A stretch of DNA of 64,000 bases from Octopus vulgaris. Taxonomy: Eukaryota. The translations under genes were made by a program, and so were the position numbers. The notes beneath the pieces were generated by a model. The model ran no database searches. It was not told the origin of the DNA and saw nothing but the letters and a program-made list of their open reading frames with translations. Of the stretch, positions 13,035-26,973 are shown piece after piece. The stretch is from NCBI GenBank assembly GCA_951406725.2, contig OX597827.1:19840001-19904000 (forward strand). The letters are read 5' to 3'. The number at the start of each line of letters is the position of its first letter. Within the stretch, counting starts at the first letter, position 1.

Positions 13035-14387
13035 TATCAACAGATATTCGGCTCCCACATATTGAGTACGTGCTATATCTTCAATATATGGCATCGGTGA
13101 TGGGTTTTGTTGCTTACGTCTAAAAAATTATGGGCTCCCCTTCTACTCAACGCAGACTCCATTTCGGTTATAAGCAGAAATAATCGTAATCGACCAGACC
13201 TAGAAGATCTAATGAATTTTGTATCGTATAGCCTGATTGGTTGATCTCAAAATTTGATGTCAACAGGATGATCGTGTTACTGTTGAGAAACAAAAAAATT
13301 CTATAAAGCGTTATATGCACAAAATTATTCTGTCAAGATTCGTTTTAATAAAAAGTCATTTCGAAGAAAATATGTTTCAATGCGATGTAGCCTGACAAAA
13401 TGCCATAGTACCATCCTACCATTGTATTGCAGCATTATCCAATGGGTAAAAAAAGTGGCATACGACCTCTGCTGTCCGTCTCCCATCATCGCCAGTTATA
13501 AATAACAAGCAGATAATTCTCTATAAGGACACAGGAAATGTGTCAAGGCCGACAGGAAACGTCGATGCTGCCTAGGGCTAAACAGCGGTGGTGCAATTCC
13601 CTTACAGGACTGTCACGTTAAGTTGACAGTATACAACCACTCTATATATTTTGTTTTAAGGAAATACCTCCTGCAACACTGCGAACAGCGCACCCTCAAC
13701 TCCATTCTGATAAAACAAAGTTATATCGACTTCCTTTTAGATCATTCTTGGGTAACAGTCTCGAGTAAAGAGGCCCTTCCTTCTTGCCATGACCTTCCCA
13801 CATTTTTGTTTTCCCTGAATATTACTCATGTCTGTTATGACCCATTAATTAGCTACGCTAGTAAAAGAACAGTTGTTTTTGATGGTGCTTCCGTTACGGT
13901 TTAAAGTTGTTTTTTTTTTGTCATTTACGCCAATGTCTTATCATTTTCTCTTGCTTTAAATTTATAATTACCAACGTTTGTGTTTGAAACCGTGACTGCC
14001 TACTGCATTGTCATGTTTTCTATTTATATTTTTGAAGTTCGTTTTCGTATTTACAAAATTCACTGATTGTAATTCAGTGTTGAGACGTTTGCTTTTATTG
14101 TGGTTAGAATTTGTCGCTGCCACCACACAGGCGGACATTTTGAACTACAAACAATACAAATGGCTACTGTGTAAAACTTTAAATACAGTTAGGGACAATG
14201 TTTAGCGATTCCTCTCCCCAGGAAATGGGATAGAAGTTTAAATATTCCGAAAGACCTTCTATTAGTGAAAAGAATCAAAGAAATATTTTTTTTCCATTTG
14301 GTAATCCGGTAAAAATCACGTTCCAAGCTTGAGATTTGTATACTTGTCCGCTCACAGCAAACAACAAAGACAACAACAACAACAACA

Positions 14388-14429
<42 letters not shown>

Positions 14430-15257
14430 GCTGCTACATAGTCGCTTGACCTGTTAGATGTGTCAACCAAATCTCTATCAACTGCAAATGTCACCATCTT
14501 GAAGAAAGGAAAATTCAAAAAAGATCGTTACGGCTGAAAGGATTCTACCTCCGCTATCACCTTCATCATCATCATCATCATCATCATCATAATCGATATG
14601 ACCATTATCATCATCATCACCATTATCAGTATTATCATTATGCTCGTCATCATCACCATTATCATCATCATCATCACGATCTTCATCAGCAACAACTTAG
14701 TCATCCCTCAACATTCGAGTGAGAGTGACTTAAGTGCAAATCGAAGATCGATCAGAAAACATTATTGAATTTAGCTAAATTCCCTCGTCCACTCTACACA
14801 TGGAATGTGTCTTATCAAACACACACACACATACATACACACACACACACACACCTATACACGCGCACGCAAGCATGTATATATACTTAAATAAGTCTCT
14901 CTCTCTTTGTTTCACTCTCTCGCTATGAATACACACACACACACACACACAAATATGCATGCAAGATGATTATATATATATATATAAATACACACACATA
15001 CACACACACATATACATATATACTTACATACATACATACGCACATATAAATATAGAAACATACATATCTCTAAACAGCCTATTTGGCAGCAAAAGTTACT
15101 TTTTGTGTGTGCATACAAACACATATGTGTACATAATTATATATACATATGGATATATATATGTTTGTGTGTATATACATATATATATATAATGTATAAT
15201 GTATGTATATATATATGCATAACACGTGTATGTATTATATATATATACATACATATA

Positions 15258-15299
<42 letters not shown>

Positions 15300-15832
15300 A
15301 CGCATACATACAAATACTTCAGTACACACACACACATGTATGTATGTATGCATTTGTTAACTATGTTAAATAAGTTGAGCTGTTCTTTATGAATTCCTCT
15401 AACGAAAACGGTTTCTTTGCAATAATGTAATGTTCTCATCAATCGATTAAAGAAGTCGTTAGAAACGGCCGTAATGTATTGATACTTGTACCTCTTTGTT
15501 ACTCATATTTTCTATGTATATACATACTTAAGTGTATATATGTATGTCGGCCTAGCTGCTGAAGTGGTCAATAGAATTGGTCAGTATCATAGTTGGCCAA
15601 TCCGATCCATCCTCAGCCAAACTGACCAATGGTGTCCTTAATTACAAATGTGATCAACAGGAAGTTAAATTAACCACTTACTTGACGACTAAGACACCTG
15701 CAAAATGACGATCGACCTAATACATATAACACTCGAATTCTCGTAAATCCCTAAACCGTCTTTAAAATTTGATGGACACATCGTACACTACAATCCTACA
15801 CACAGACAGACATACGCATATATATATATATA

Positions 15833-16040
15833 AAGTTAATCCAAACAAGAAAGCACAAAAAAAATACAACAACGAGAGGACGTGGAACAAATATAGTATT
15901 ATTGGATGCTCAGGAAAGAAGGAAAGAAGGAGGGTTTAACGTTTCGAGCGGAGCTCTTCGTCGGAAACATAGGAGAAGGAAAGATCCAGAGAAGGGAAGA
16001 CAGAGGAAAAAAAATCGCCAAGGGCACACACGCGGTCACA
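15833..16040 (-). mobile_element. Short PLE-type module with minimal hammerhead motif
   Basis: Sits between TA-rich tracts and contains the HHR-like motif at 15934-15968. Confidence 0.6.
15934..15968 (-). ncRNA. Minimal type I hammerhead ribozyme-like motif
   Basis: GUUU-CCGACGA-A-GAGC(UCC)GCUC-GAAA-CG-UU-AAAC: stem I GUUU/AAAC, stem II 4 bp, loopless palindromic stem III. Confidence 0.7.
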
Positions 16041-16083
16041 TTTTATATATATTGTGTACGTTTAGTCATGTATGTATATATAC

Positions 16084-16132
<49 letters not shown>

Positions 16133-16134
<2 letters not shown>

Positions 16135-16531
16135 CGTAGGAGTGGCTGTGTGGTAAGTAGCTTGCTTACGAACCACATGGTTCTGGGTTCAGTCCCACTG
16201 CGTGGCACCTTGAGCAAGTGTCTTCTACTATAGCCTCGGGCCAACCAAAGCCTTGTGAGTGGATTTGGTAGACGGAAACTGGAGGAAGCCCGCCGTATAT
16301 ATGTATATATATATATGTGTGTGTATGTTTGTATGTTGTGTTTGTCCTCCCCCCAACATCGCTTGACAACCGATGCTGGTGTGTTTACGTCCCCGTGACT
16401 TAGCGGTTCGGCAAAAAGAGACCGATAGAATAAGTACTAGGCTTGCAAAGAATAAGTCCTGGGGTCGATTTCCTCGACTAAAGGCGGTGCTCCAGCATGG
16501 CCACAGTCAAATGACTGAAACAAGTAAATGA

Positions 16532-16533
<2 letters not shown>
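16133..16533 (+). mobile_element. tRNA-headed SINE family C with CORE-like motif and internal TA/TG microsatellite
   Basis: Head gtggctgtgtggtaag...gggttcagtccc, then ccttgagcaagt; tail ccagcatggccacagtcaaatgactgaaac. Inserted in (TA)n. Confidence 0.85.
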
Positions 16534-16584
<51 letters not shown>

Positions 16585-17289
16585 TATATTTGTTGTTGAA
16601 AAAGCACCTAAATTTGAAAAGCTTGTAATTGTTTTTAAGTAAATTTATTTACATACGTACCAAACTAGTTTCAACAACATTTTGTTTATCAATGGTAAAC
16701 ATTTAAAATTGTGAATTAGAAAAACATGTTTAAAAGATTCGATGTTTACAAGATTCAATAAAATCAAAAATGATTTAAATGTTCATAACATTCATTAATA
16801 TAAAAACCGTATATCATCTTGTTTAAATGCACAAAAGTCAATAGTTTTAGAAGTGATCGATAAGAAACGTGGATCATCCAAATTTTGGTTATACTGAGTA
16901 AAGAGGTGGGAAAATAAGGGAGAAATGACGATTGTAAAAAAAGGGTTTTGCTACAGTTTCTATGATTCTTTTTCCGTCGCGTGTAGGGATTGTGCAGCGA
17001 TTTCGCTTGTAACGGCATTTTTTTTGGAATCCAGTGCATTTATAATTTTTTTCCGTGAACGGATCTGATTTTTGATTCGTTAAAGTATTGATGACGTCTT
17101 AGTTTTCTGGTGGTCAGGATTGTCGTTCTGCCTGGTTCACTTCCCCGTGGTTTCGAAATTATGTCTGTTGTATCTGCTTGTTTTTTTTTTGGGGGGGGGG
17201 GGTTTATGGAGAAAGACTGTTACTAAAGTTTTCTTTTTTAATTATATCTGTTGTATTTGTATGGAGAAATTGAGTCTTTTTTCCTCTTT

Positions 17290-17860
17290 CGTTTTAGTGT
17301 TTTTCGTCTTTCTAAAGGATATTTACCTATAGTTTGTATCCCTTCTTTATTCAAACGGAATTGGGTTGAAGTGTTTCCGGTGCATTGATAAAAAAGAGAT
17401 TTGGGATTTCAGGTTTATGTTTGCGGGGCATTGGTCTAGGTGTTTGCTTACGGGAATTTTCCAGGGTCGTGGGGTCCCGCATTTGTTGGCTGTGTTTGAA
17501 AATGAAAAGTTAGAATGGTTTTTGGCTATCTAACATGGTTGACCTGAGTTAAATAACAATGGGAGTTTGTATCAGGTTAAAAATCCTCTCGAATAATTTG
17601 GTATTGATTTCATCTTCATATCAAATCAATGTTTTTGCCTGTCACAAGGCCGAGATCTCTGGGGAGGGGACACTTGACGTCACGAATGATATTAACTTCG
17701 AGCGGTGTCAAGAATGAACTTGACACTTCTCTAAATTTGACGCGTTCTGCGTTGTGTATGTTAAACTGAGAGTATTCACAGTTAATTAGAGATGAATATA
17801 CAGTGCTGGGATGAACATTAGAAAAGGACTTTTTCCCCCAAGGAACGAAAATATTTATTG
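17290..17860 (-). mobile_element. Degenerate Penelope-like element, GIY-YIG endonuclease C-terminal remnant
   Basis: Frameshifted HSQQMRDPTT/KIPVSKHLDQC...FRLNKE resembles the C-terminal half of the PLE endonuclease. Boundaries uncertain. Confidence 0.5.
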
Positions 17861-17976
17861 GAAAGTAACAACAAACAAAACGATTTACCAAAGTAACAAT
17901 GCATGAATTATATATACATATATACACCCCACATGCATACACACATGTATATATACACACACAAGCACATATGTTA

Positions 17977-18262
17977 ATGCATGCATGTATGTATGTATGT
18001 ACGTATGTATGTACGTATGTATGTACGTATGTATGTACGTATGTATGTATGTACATATGTATGTATGTACTTATGTATGTATGTACTTATGTATGTACGT
18101 ACGTATGTATGTATGTACATATGTATGTATGTACTTATGTATGTATGTACTTATGTATGTACGTACATATGTATGTATATACATATGTATGTACGTACAT
18201 ATGTATGTATGTACATATGTATGTATGTACATATGTATGTATGTACATATGTATGTATATAT
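17977..18262. repeat. (TATG/TACG)n tetranucleotide tract
   Basis: Direct reading. Confidence 0.95.
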
Positions 18263-18960
18263 GTTTTATGAAAAGAGGAAGAGAGCCATATGGTTTCGGA
18301 TTCAGTCCCGAGCCAACCAATGCCTTGAGTCTGAATTTTTTTTTTGACGGAGACTGTATGGAAGCTCGTGTGTGAATGTTCTTGTGTGTGTCTTTGTTTT
18401 TATCTCTCACCACATGATAACCGATGTTATTTTGTTTACATTTCTATCACCTAATGATTCAGTTAAAAATGTGTGTGTGTGTGCGCGCGTTCATGTATGT
18501 ATGTATATATGTATATATGTATGTATTTATGTTGTTAGGAAATTATAAAAACAATAGAAACGTTTTATAGTATAATGTTAAGTTAAACAGGTAAACAGAC
18601 AGTTTTGGATGCTGCACTGTAAGGTCAGGATGAAGTCCATTGTCCAAATGGTGGAAGCGAGGTGTTATCAGCCAAACTGTGAAACTCTAACAAATTGGCT
18701 GGACCTTAGCAAATCTTTATAAGCAAAGATAACTGTACCCCAGTTTTTTTGTGACAGTTTTTTTCTTGTGAGACAAGGTTCAAATTCATTCTGTAAGCTA
18801 TGATTGCCTGTTTAGTTTATGTACTTTGTGTTTTGTTAGGCATTTATGGAATTATTTTAGGGTCCAGGAATTCGCCAGAACTTTTCCCCAAAACTATCTT
18901 TTTTTTGTTTTGGCACTTAGTAAAAGTTCTGATGGAAATATTCCATATTCTTTCTGGCGA

Positions 18961-19030
<70 letters not shown>

Positions 19031-19031
<1 letters not shown>

Positions 19032-19314
19032 CGTGACCGACCAGACCATCAGATGTTGTTACACATCGCTGGTCACAATGCGTTCGCATTGTTTTAGCCT
19101 TTGAATGACGCCACCCCGCTGGCTAAGCGAGCAGGCCAACAGAAGAAAGAGTGGTGAAAGAGTACAGCAGGGATCACCACCCCCAACCGGAGCCTCGTGG
19201 AGCTTTTAGGTGTTTTCGCTCAATAAACACACACAACGCCCGGTCTGGGAATCGAAACCGCGATCCTCCGACCGCGAGTCCGCTGCCCTAACCACTGGGC
19301 CATTGCGCCTCCAC
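19031..19314 (-). mobile_element. tRNA-derived SINE family D (same head as family B, different tail)
   Basis: Head gtggaggcgcaatggcccagtggttagggcagcggactcgcggtc shared with family B; unrelated 3' half; within (TA)n. Confidence 0.85.
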
Positions 19315-19353
<39 letters not shown>

Positions 19354-19563
19354 GAGAAGTAGGAACGAACATTAGGTTAGTTAAAATATGTTTGATACAT
19401 TTTAACTTCTAAATCCAAATTCACAGCAATTATGTGGGGAAGAAATTCTCGTTTATGGCAAAAAGTATTAAAAAAATCCTTGTTCGCTCAGTGTCTTTCC
19501 CCAGAGGTTACTTAGACGCGTTTCTAGCTTCCTAGTCTTTCTCGGTAGGGGATACCGAAGGTT

Positions 19564-19601
<38 letters not shown>

Positions 19602-19713
19602 CAAATAAGAAAATGGAGGAACAAATTCATTTCGATCATCAACTTACAGATATTACAATTTCGTATTATTTATTATATAAATAGGAACACCCTCATAACC
19701 CCTATCTTCCTTT

Positions 19714-19777
<64 letters not shown>

Positions 19778-20167
19778 TACACACACATATGCCATGGATG
19801 TTGTTTTATATTTATCTCAGGCCGTCATTTCTATATGTATTTATGAAGAATGTATGTATGTTGTATGTAAATGATCACCTTGCTCTATCAGACACAGCTG
19901 CCATTTTAATGAAAGGATATATAGATGTGTAAATCGATTGAACAGAAAGCTTGGAGCAGAAACGGAATGATAGTCTGTGTGTTTGACTATGGTGTATTGG
20001 TCGTTAAGTCAGCTGGCATCTGAAACTGAATCAGAAATCGGAACTAAAAATGAAATTTCAAATGGTTTCAGGAGGAATCACAAAGTTTGAGAATTTGTTA
20101 AAATATAAAGATGTAATTATACTTTTCGCAAAAACAACGTAAATTGAGTAAAGCTGTGCCAAATACG

Positions 20168-20423
20168 TGTCTGTCTGTCTGTCTGTCTGTCGGTCTGTCT
20201 ATATACCTGTCTGTCTGTCTTTCTATCTTTCTGTCTGTCTTCCTGCCTGCCTGTCTTTCTATCTTTCTGTCTTTCTGTCCGTCTGTCCGTCTGTCTATAT
20301 ACCTGTCTGTCTGTCTTTCTATCTTTCTGTCTGTCTGTCTGTTCGTCCATCCGTCTGTGTCTGTCTGTCTGTCTGTCTTCCTGCCTGCCTGTCTTTCTAT
20401 CTATCTATCTATCTATCTATCTA
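20168..20423. repeat. (TCTG/TCTA)n tract with higher-order duplication
   Basis: Direct reading. Confidence 0.9.
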
Positions 20424-21366
20424 TACACATGCGCGCACGTTTGTGGCGTGTGTGTTAACATAAGAATTTTTTTCAAAACCTATGCCTCGGGCCAATGCCC
20501 AGTTAGATAATATTGAGGAAAATATAATCTCTGCAATCAACATTAATGTCCAATAACTAATTTGAGAAAGCAGCTACTGTCCTTTCGCAGAATGATCTCC
20601 CTTTCTGTCGCTCTCTTAAGTAAGTGTTCTCTTAGAAAAACAACTACGACGATGCGTTTGTCGCTTGGAACTAGCTATGGCGTTTCTTTTTCTTTCTTCT
20701 ACATTCTTCTCATCTCATTTCTCCGCCTCCTTATTTCATATTCTTTGTTGATCACTTTCACTATCGTATTTTTGTTTTTCCCTTTTCTTCCATCGTTTCT
20801 CTTCTGTATTGCTCTTTCCTACACCTCAACCTTTTCTCTCGTTATTATCCATAGTCTTGTCATTGTTATTCCACGACTGATGATGACTTAATTTAACCGA
20901 TCATCAGATCCAATCATTTTTCGCTCCACCCAACTCCCCCCTCCCCACTTCACTGTCCGCTTGCCGTTTGCTTACTGTCTTCTTCCCAAATGTCCGGATA
21001 GATGAATCATTGGCCAGGAAGGTATCTTTCCTTCATTTAAGCTGAGGGAACATGGACAGGAAGATAGTTAACTTGATATTCCTTCTCTCAGAGTCTATGA
21101 TTAAATATCCAACGGTTATTTCAAGCAATTCAAACCAATAACTTCGCCTCTACCCCCCTCCCCCAACTCTCTCCTCCAACCCTTTCTCTAGAAATATTCT
21201 ATGATTGTCATTTTCGGTCTTCTGTTCTATTCTTCATCACTCTTCTCTTTCAGCTCGTTTCCTTTCTTATTTACTTAATGCACACATTCCCTTCCTCTCT
21301 CTCTTTCACTCTCTCTTTCTCTCACTCTTCCTATCTATCTATCTCCCTATCTATCTATCTATCTCC

Positions 21367-21420
<54 letters not shown>

Positions 21421-21429
21421 CTCTATCTA

Positions 21430-21479
<50 letters not shown>

Positions 21480-21481
<2 letters not shown>

Positions 21482-22058
21482 CGTAGGCCTGGCTGTATGG
21501 TAAGAAGCTCGCTTCCCAACCACACACGGTTCCGGGTTCGGTCCCACTGCGTGGTACGATGGGCAAGTTTCTTCTACTATAGTCTCGACCCGACCAAAGT
21601 GGATGGATTGGTAGGCGGAAACTGAAACAAGCCCGTCATATATATATATATATAGTTGGTATTTATAAAAGAAGCAAAAGACGGAGACAGGTGTGTAAAC
21701 AACAAACAGGTGTATTAGTTTAACGCTCGGGAAAGTGAGGAAGTCTTTTACGTTTCGAGCCTACGCACTTCAGCAGAGAGGAACACGATGAAATAAACAG
21801 AGAGAATAAAAAAAGCTTTAGTGGCTAGCGGTCAATCATGGCGATATATATGTAAATATTTGTGTGTGTATGTGTGTTTGTTTCCTCCACCATCGCTTGA
21901 CAACCAATATTGGTGTGTTTACATCCCCGCAACTTAGCAGTACGGCAACAGAGACTGATAAAACAAGTATTAGTCTTGGGTTCGATGTGTTCGACTAAAG
22001 GCGGTGCTCCAGCATGGCCGCAATCAAATGACTGAAACAAATAAAAGAATAAAAGAAT
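21480..22058 (+). mobile_element. SINE family C interrupted by a PLE-type module at 21656-21845
   Basis: Head and tail match 16133-16533; the insert sits in the internal (TA)n. Confidence 0.85.
21745..21780 (-). ncRNA. Minimal hammerhead-like motif (degenerate)
   Basis: CUCU-CUGCUGA-A-GUGC(GUAG)GCUC-GAAACGUA-AAAG; one mismatch in each stem. Confidence 0.55.
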
Positions 22059-22061
22059 AGA

Positions 22062-23400
22062 TCAGATCATCCTATAAGTTCTGTCTGAATTTTGAATACA
22101 GAAAACAAGTGATCAAATGTTATATTTAATTGAAGTTTAATCATCAATGTACTTTCCCTGATTATCTATGACTTCCTTCCATCTATTTACAAGCCTTTTA
22201 ATCCCATCAATGTAAAACTCTTTTGGTTTTAAAACGAAGAACTCTGAAAATGTCAGGTTCGACCTCCTCCTGGCTTGTGAAGGTTATGTTCCCCCAGATG
22301 ATTCTGTAAACTACGAAACAAATGGTAATCTGAAGGAGCAAGGTCGGGAGAATAAGGTGGATGAGGATTTTTTCTCAACCAAGCTCTTCGATCTTTTGTG
22401 AGGTGATCTTTGCAGTGTGGGCTCGCGCATTGTCCTGATGAAACATCATTCCTTTTCGATTCACAAAAGCGGGTCTTTTGTTCTTCAAAGCTTGCTTCAA
22501 ATGCTCTAATTGCTGACAGTAGACTTGAGCACTGATTGTTGCATTTGGTGGTTACAATTCAAAGTGAATTACTCCTTTGCAATCGCACCAGATAGAGGGA
22601 AGAACCTTTTTACCATGGAAAACCCTTCTCGGTTTTGGTTGAGCTTTTTCTCTTTTACCAAGCCACTGTTTACGACGTTTAAATTTTCGATAGAAGATCC
22701 ATTTTCGTCACCAGTCACCAAAAAGGGTGAAATGTGTTCACGGGAATGGAGAGAAGAGCAAATATCAACTCGGGATTTGCGATTGCCTTCGGACAATTCA
22801 CGAGGCACCCATTTTCCAAGTTTAGGAACCTTTCCAAGTTGTTGGAGATGACGATGAACAGTTGTATGATTTGAATTAAGCTTTATTGCCAATTCTTCAA
22901 CTGATAATGCAGGATTTTCTTCAAGTAATGCCCCAAGGAGCTTATCATCAAACTCAACTGTTCGATCTTCATCGTCAAGGCTGAAATAGCCACTTCTGAA
23001 TTTTGCAAACCATCTTCTGCAAGTTCTTTCATTCAAGCATTCTTTCCCATAAACTGAGTGTATGTTTCGAGTCGCTTCAGCCACAGAGTTTCCTTTTTTG
23101 TACTCATAAAGCATTATGTGCCTCAAATGTTCTTTGGATACTTCCATGTTAGAAAGGGTTTTAATCAAAGAAATTTCTATTATTCTGTAAAATATTTAAT
23201 TAGTTTAATAATAATTAATTTAATAATTAGTTTAATAATATTTAATTAGTTTCTATCATTCTGTACAATAATATTTAATTAGTTTAAATGTACACAAATG
23301 CATAAAAATAATTTAAAATTCCATTAGACATTACAATCTAAAATACTATTAAATTTCATTCAATTCTAAAAAAGGTAAAATCGGACAGAACTTATGGGAT

Positions 23401-23407
<7 letters not shown>
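22062..23407 (-). mobile_element. Mariner transposon, near full length (~1.3 kb), frameshifted transposase
   Basis: HTH region (RTCRRWFAKFRSG), WVPRELSE, VTGDE and HPPYSPDLAPSDYHLF (~22320-22362). Imperfect TIRs tcatcc(t/c)ataagttctgtc. Confidence 0.95.
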
Positions 23408-23448
<41 letters not shown>

Positions 23449-23496
23449 GGAGGGTTCACGAATAAAACAAAAGACGAAGACAGGAATTGAAAAAGT

Positions 23497-23532
23497 CTTT
23501 TACGTTTCGAGCCTACGCTCTTCTACAGAAAG
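23497..23532 (-). ncRNA. Minimal hammerhead-like motif in a PLE-type module (23447-23596) between (TA)n tracts
   Basis: CUUU-CUGUAGA-A-GAGC(GUAG)GCUC-GAAACGUA-AAAG; both stems perfect. Confidence 0.7.
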
Positions 23533-23592
23533 GGACACACAAAAAGACAAGGAGAGAAAAAAATGTGTGTAGTGGCTACCGATCCAGCATGG

Positions 23593-23642
<50 letters not shown>

Positions 23643-23832
23643 CCTCAATATTCTCTCGCCGCAGTTGCCTTCCCATTATTACTATATTGAATGTGTATTA
23701 TACAGTTTTTGTGAATGTGTGATTCGTCGTTTGTACAGGAAGAGTGCTGTAGATACTTGAGTGTATCAATATATAGAACTTTGATTTTCAATCAATAAAA
23801 AAAGGGCTAAATCCATATACCACTGAGCTTTC

Positions 23833-24259
23833 GGATCTTTTCAGTTTGAACGGCAGTTTTTTCTAGCGGTTTCATATGAAATTGTCACCCATAAATATGA
23901 CCCTAGTATCGATCTATTGCATTTCAATCTGTTTTAGGGTTTGGGTTACTTAGGGTTAGGGGTTGGGGGAAGGGTATCTTTTTTTCTTCACAAATGTAAA
24001 TAAACCCAATCTGTTTCTTTAACGAGGGACATATTCATACGGCACAGAATGTTGTTTACCTCAATAGACGTCAGTGATTGGTTGAAATTGCAGAAATTGA
24101 AGAAGAAAAACAACAAATATGTTACAAACTATAGAATTTTCTCAATAAAGCCAAGAGAAAAAGATGTTTTATAAACACATTCTACCAGTATACAAAGTTT
24201 AAAATCTTTTAGTTACCTAGAAATTATGTTAAAAACTGCCGTTCAAACCGAAAAGATCC
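23833..24259. mobile_element. MITE with 8-bp TSD (Merlin- or hAT-like)
   Basis: TIR ggatcttt(t)tc(a/g)gtttgaacggcagttttt; TSD gagctttc at 23825-23832 and 24260-24267. Second copy, inverted, at 35484. Confidence 0.92.
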
Positions 24260-25088
24260 GAGCTTTCAACCACTCAATAGAAAATTCTTATCTCCTGCAG
24301 CCATTTTCAGCATTTCACTAAACCTTTCTTAGCAATGCTACAATTCCCTATTTTATAGAAATTTATCTGCGATCGACTGTCATCGACAATAAGTTTTATC
24401 TCACTAACCTGCTGCATCAGCTTCTCTGATTCCTGACGGCATCATTACTTTTATTGAAGTATTTAATTTTTTTTTTTTTTTTTTCGTAAAATTATTCATT
24501 GTCTCTGTTCCAATTATATTTTGTTCTATAATCAACCCCAGCATTCTAATTATAATTATTTTACCGTTAGAACTAATGCTTCTGTTCTGAATAGGTCATC
24601 GGCCGTAATTTATTCTTATGTCTCTTTGGCGGACATCTTGGTGTAAAACAGGTCAAAATGTCAACTCAACGAATTCTTTTAAGCTATTTTACTGCATTCA
24701 CGCTGTTAGTATAAGCTAACCCTTAGCGACAGGCACAGTGCCACAACGGTGCCAGTCAGTTCTCACTCAAAACCAATCACCTATTCGGCACAACTTTACT
24801 CAACTTACGTTGTTTTAGAGTCAAGTACAAGAATTACATCTAGCTTTATACTTTTATGTGTTAACTGTAGCTTATCAGTCACTTGTAGCATGAGATTTAC
24901 ATGTTTGACTTATTCAAAATTTCATTTTAATCTGAGATTTGAATTAACTTTAATGTTGTTCTGAGGTAGGGTCAAGAAGTCTGTAGATCCCAGATGGGAA
25001 ACTGCAACTATCCCGTTGTGTGAGTGAGTGAGAGAGAGAGAGAGAGAGAGAAGGGGCTGATCGAGTGAATGAGAGAGTGCGAGAGACA

Positions 25089-25123
<35 letters not shown>

Positions 25124-25574
25124 GGAGAGAGAAAGGAAGAGAAATGGCATATGGTTTGTAGTGTTCTCAATCAGCTCAGCAACCTGTCAGTGTTCTGCCA
25201 AAGCCGACACCAGCTGCCCCAAAACCTTTCATTAGACAACGGCTTACATCAGATGATCTTTGCTGAACCAATCTTCTACGCAATGACTGATCCACATTTT
25301 AAATTAATCCATCACATTGATATAATAGAAAACCCTGGATTATTTAACTTACAATAGACAGATCGATACTTAATCGGTTAATACGGTTTAAATTTCTGGT
25401 TATATTTACTTCATACGTTAATATTCAATCAATCTCATTTCAAATTTTCCTTTCTTTATTATTGAAACGTTTAAGATTTTCAACCCCCACCCCACCCCCA
25501 CAACAACAGGAACAATCAATTCTGCTATCCCAACCACTCCCACCTCCACCACCACCACCTACTTCTACGAAAAG

Positions 25575-26895
25575 CTGACAACAGCTGACGAAATACGGGG
25601 CACGATGGCTGGTTGCACGAGTGGGTAGAAGTCACTGGAGCTGGATGATCTGCCCCACGAGCTTTGTCTTCGAGCAGATGTCTACAGCAACTGGCAACAG
25701 AACAGGAGATTCCCTGCCGGCGATAAGCGGTGCGGTTGTGCTACTGAGAAAGTCCCCGAGAGTGGGAGAGGGGGTGGATTTTATCAACTTCAGGCTTGTA
25801 ACTCTACTAAATGCAGAGTTAAAGATTTGGGCCAAGGTGCTAGCTAAAGGGTTTGCGCTTGTGCTACACCAGACAAATCTATCCACGACAGCCCCCCCCC
25901 CACCTGATTCGATACATCAGAGAAAGAGCAAGTAACAAACCTGGCATGGGTGGGGCCATGATCAGTATAGGTCAGTCGAAAGCTTCTGATAAGCTCGATC
26001 ATCAATACTTGGCAGCTAGTTTCGGAACCGTCTTTAGATGTAAAGCGACATTTGATCCGTGGCTACAGGTAGGAATTGTTCTGTATCATGCGATCGTTCC
26101 GTCAAGGGTGTTCCCTGCCTCCACTTCTGTATCTTCTGACTCTGAGTCACTAATACATAAAGCTGGAGGTTTTGAGGGGTTTCTCGCAAAAACTGTGATG
26201 CGGAAGATCCGCGTTTGCATTTGCAGACGACATCACCGTAATATTTTTGGAAACCAAAGGCATTAGTCGAGGTTTGGTTTGTCCAGACCGCTAAGTACAC
26301 AAAAACTGGAAAGGAGAAACGAGCAAAGTGGCCTGTCTCGCACAGAAATGGAGAGGAAACTATCTCTGAAGGGTCGGGCGGAGGTGGTGAATGCCTATAT
26401 TGCATCCCTCATCTACTATCGCCTGGCTGTCGTGTATTACCTCGCTTCATGATTAACCAGAATTAAACACTTGCTCTTCTGCTTTCTGAAGAGGGAATGT
26501 GTTCTGCTGGTCAGACGATTCATTTACTGTCAACATCCGCTGCGTGGAGGACTGGGCATGTCGTGGCTGATGTCTCACAGACATGAACTGAGGTTACAAC
26601 ATTTCCAGCGTTTCCTTGATGGTGAGCTGGTGTGGTCACACTTTGTTAGATGCGCTTTCGTCAAACTCGTCTCTTTGTAAGCGCTGCAGGCTTGCATCAA
26701 ATATAGACCAAAGCAGGCACCAGCCCGCAGTACTCTCCAGTATTAATTTTCAGATGTTTTTCCTTATAGGGAAATTTTTTGTTAAAGTTTTCTTAAGTGT
26801 TATTTTATATTATTGTGCTTACGTAAATCCCCGTTGCCCTCTGTCTTTCTATTGTTGTAAATGCTTTTGCGGCACTCGTGGCCAATAAAAAAAAA
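25575..26895 (+). mobile_element. Degenerate Tx1/L1-like LINE (RT to 3' end)
   Basis: NFRLVTLLNAELKIWAKVLA, QSKASDKLDHQYL, FADD, LSLKGRAEV..AYI, HPLRGGLGM; poly-A end. Confidence 0.8.
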
Positions 26896-26916
26896 CGTAT
26901 TATTATCGTTATTGTT

Positions 26917-26972
<56 letters not shown>

Positions 26973-26973
26973 G

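Noticed and set aside
23934-23968. Telomere or interstitial telomeric array
   Set aside because: Only a few TTAGGG-like units, internal to a MITE.
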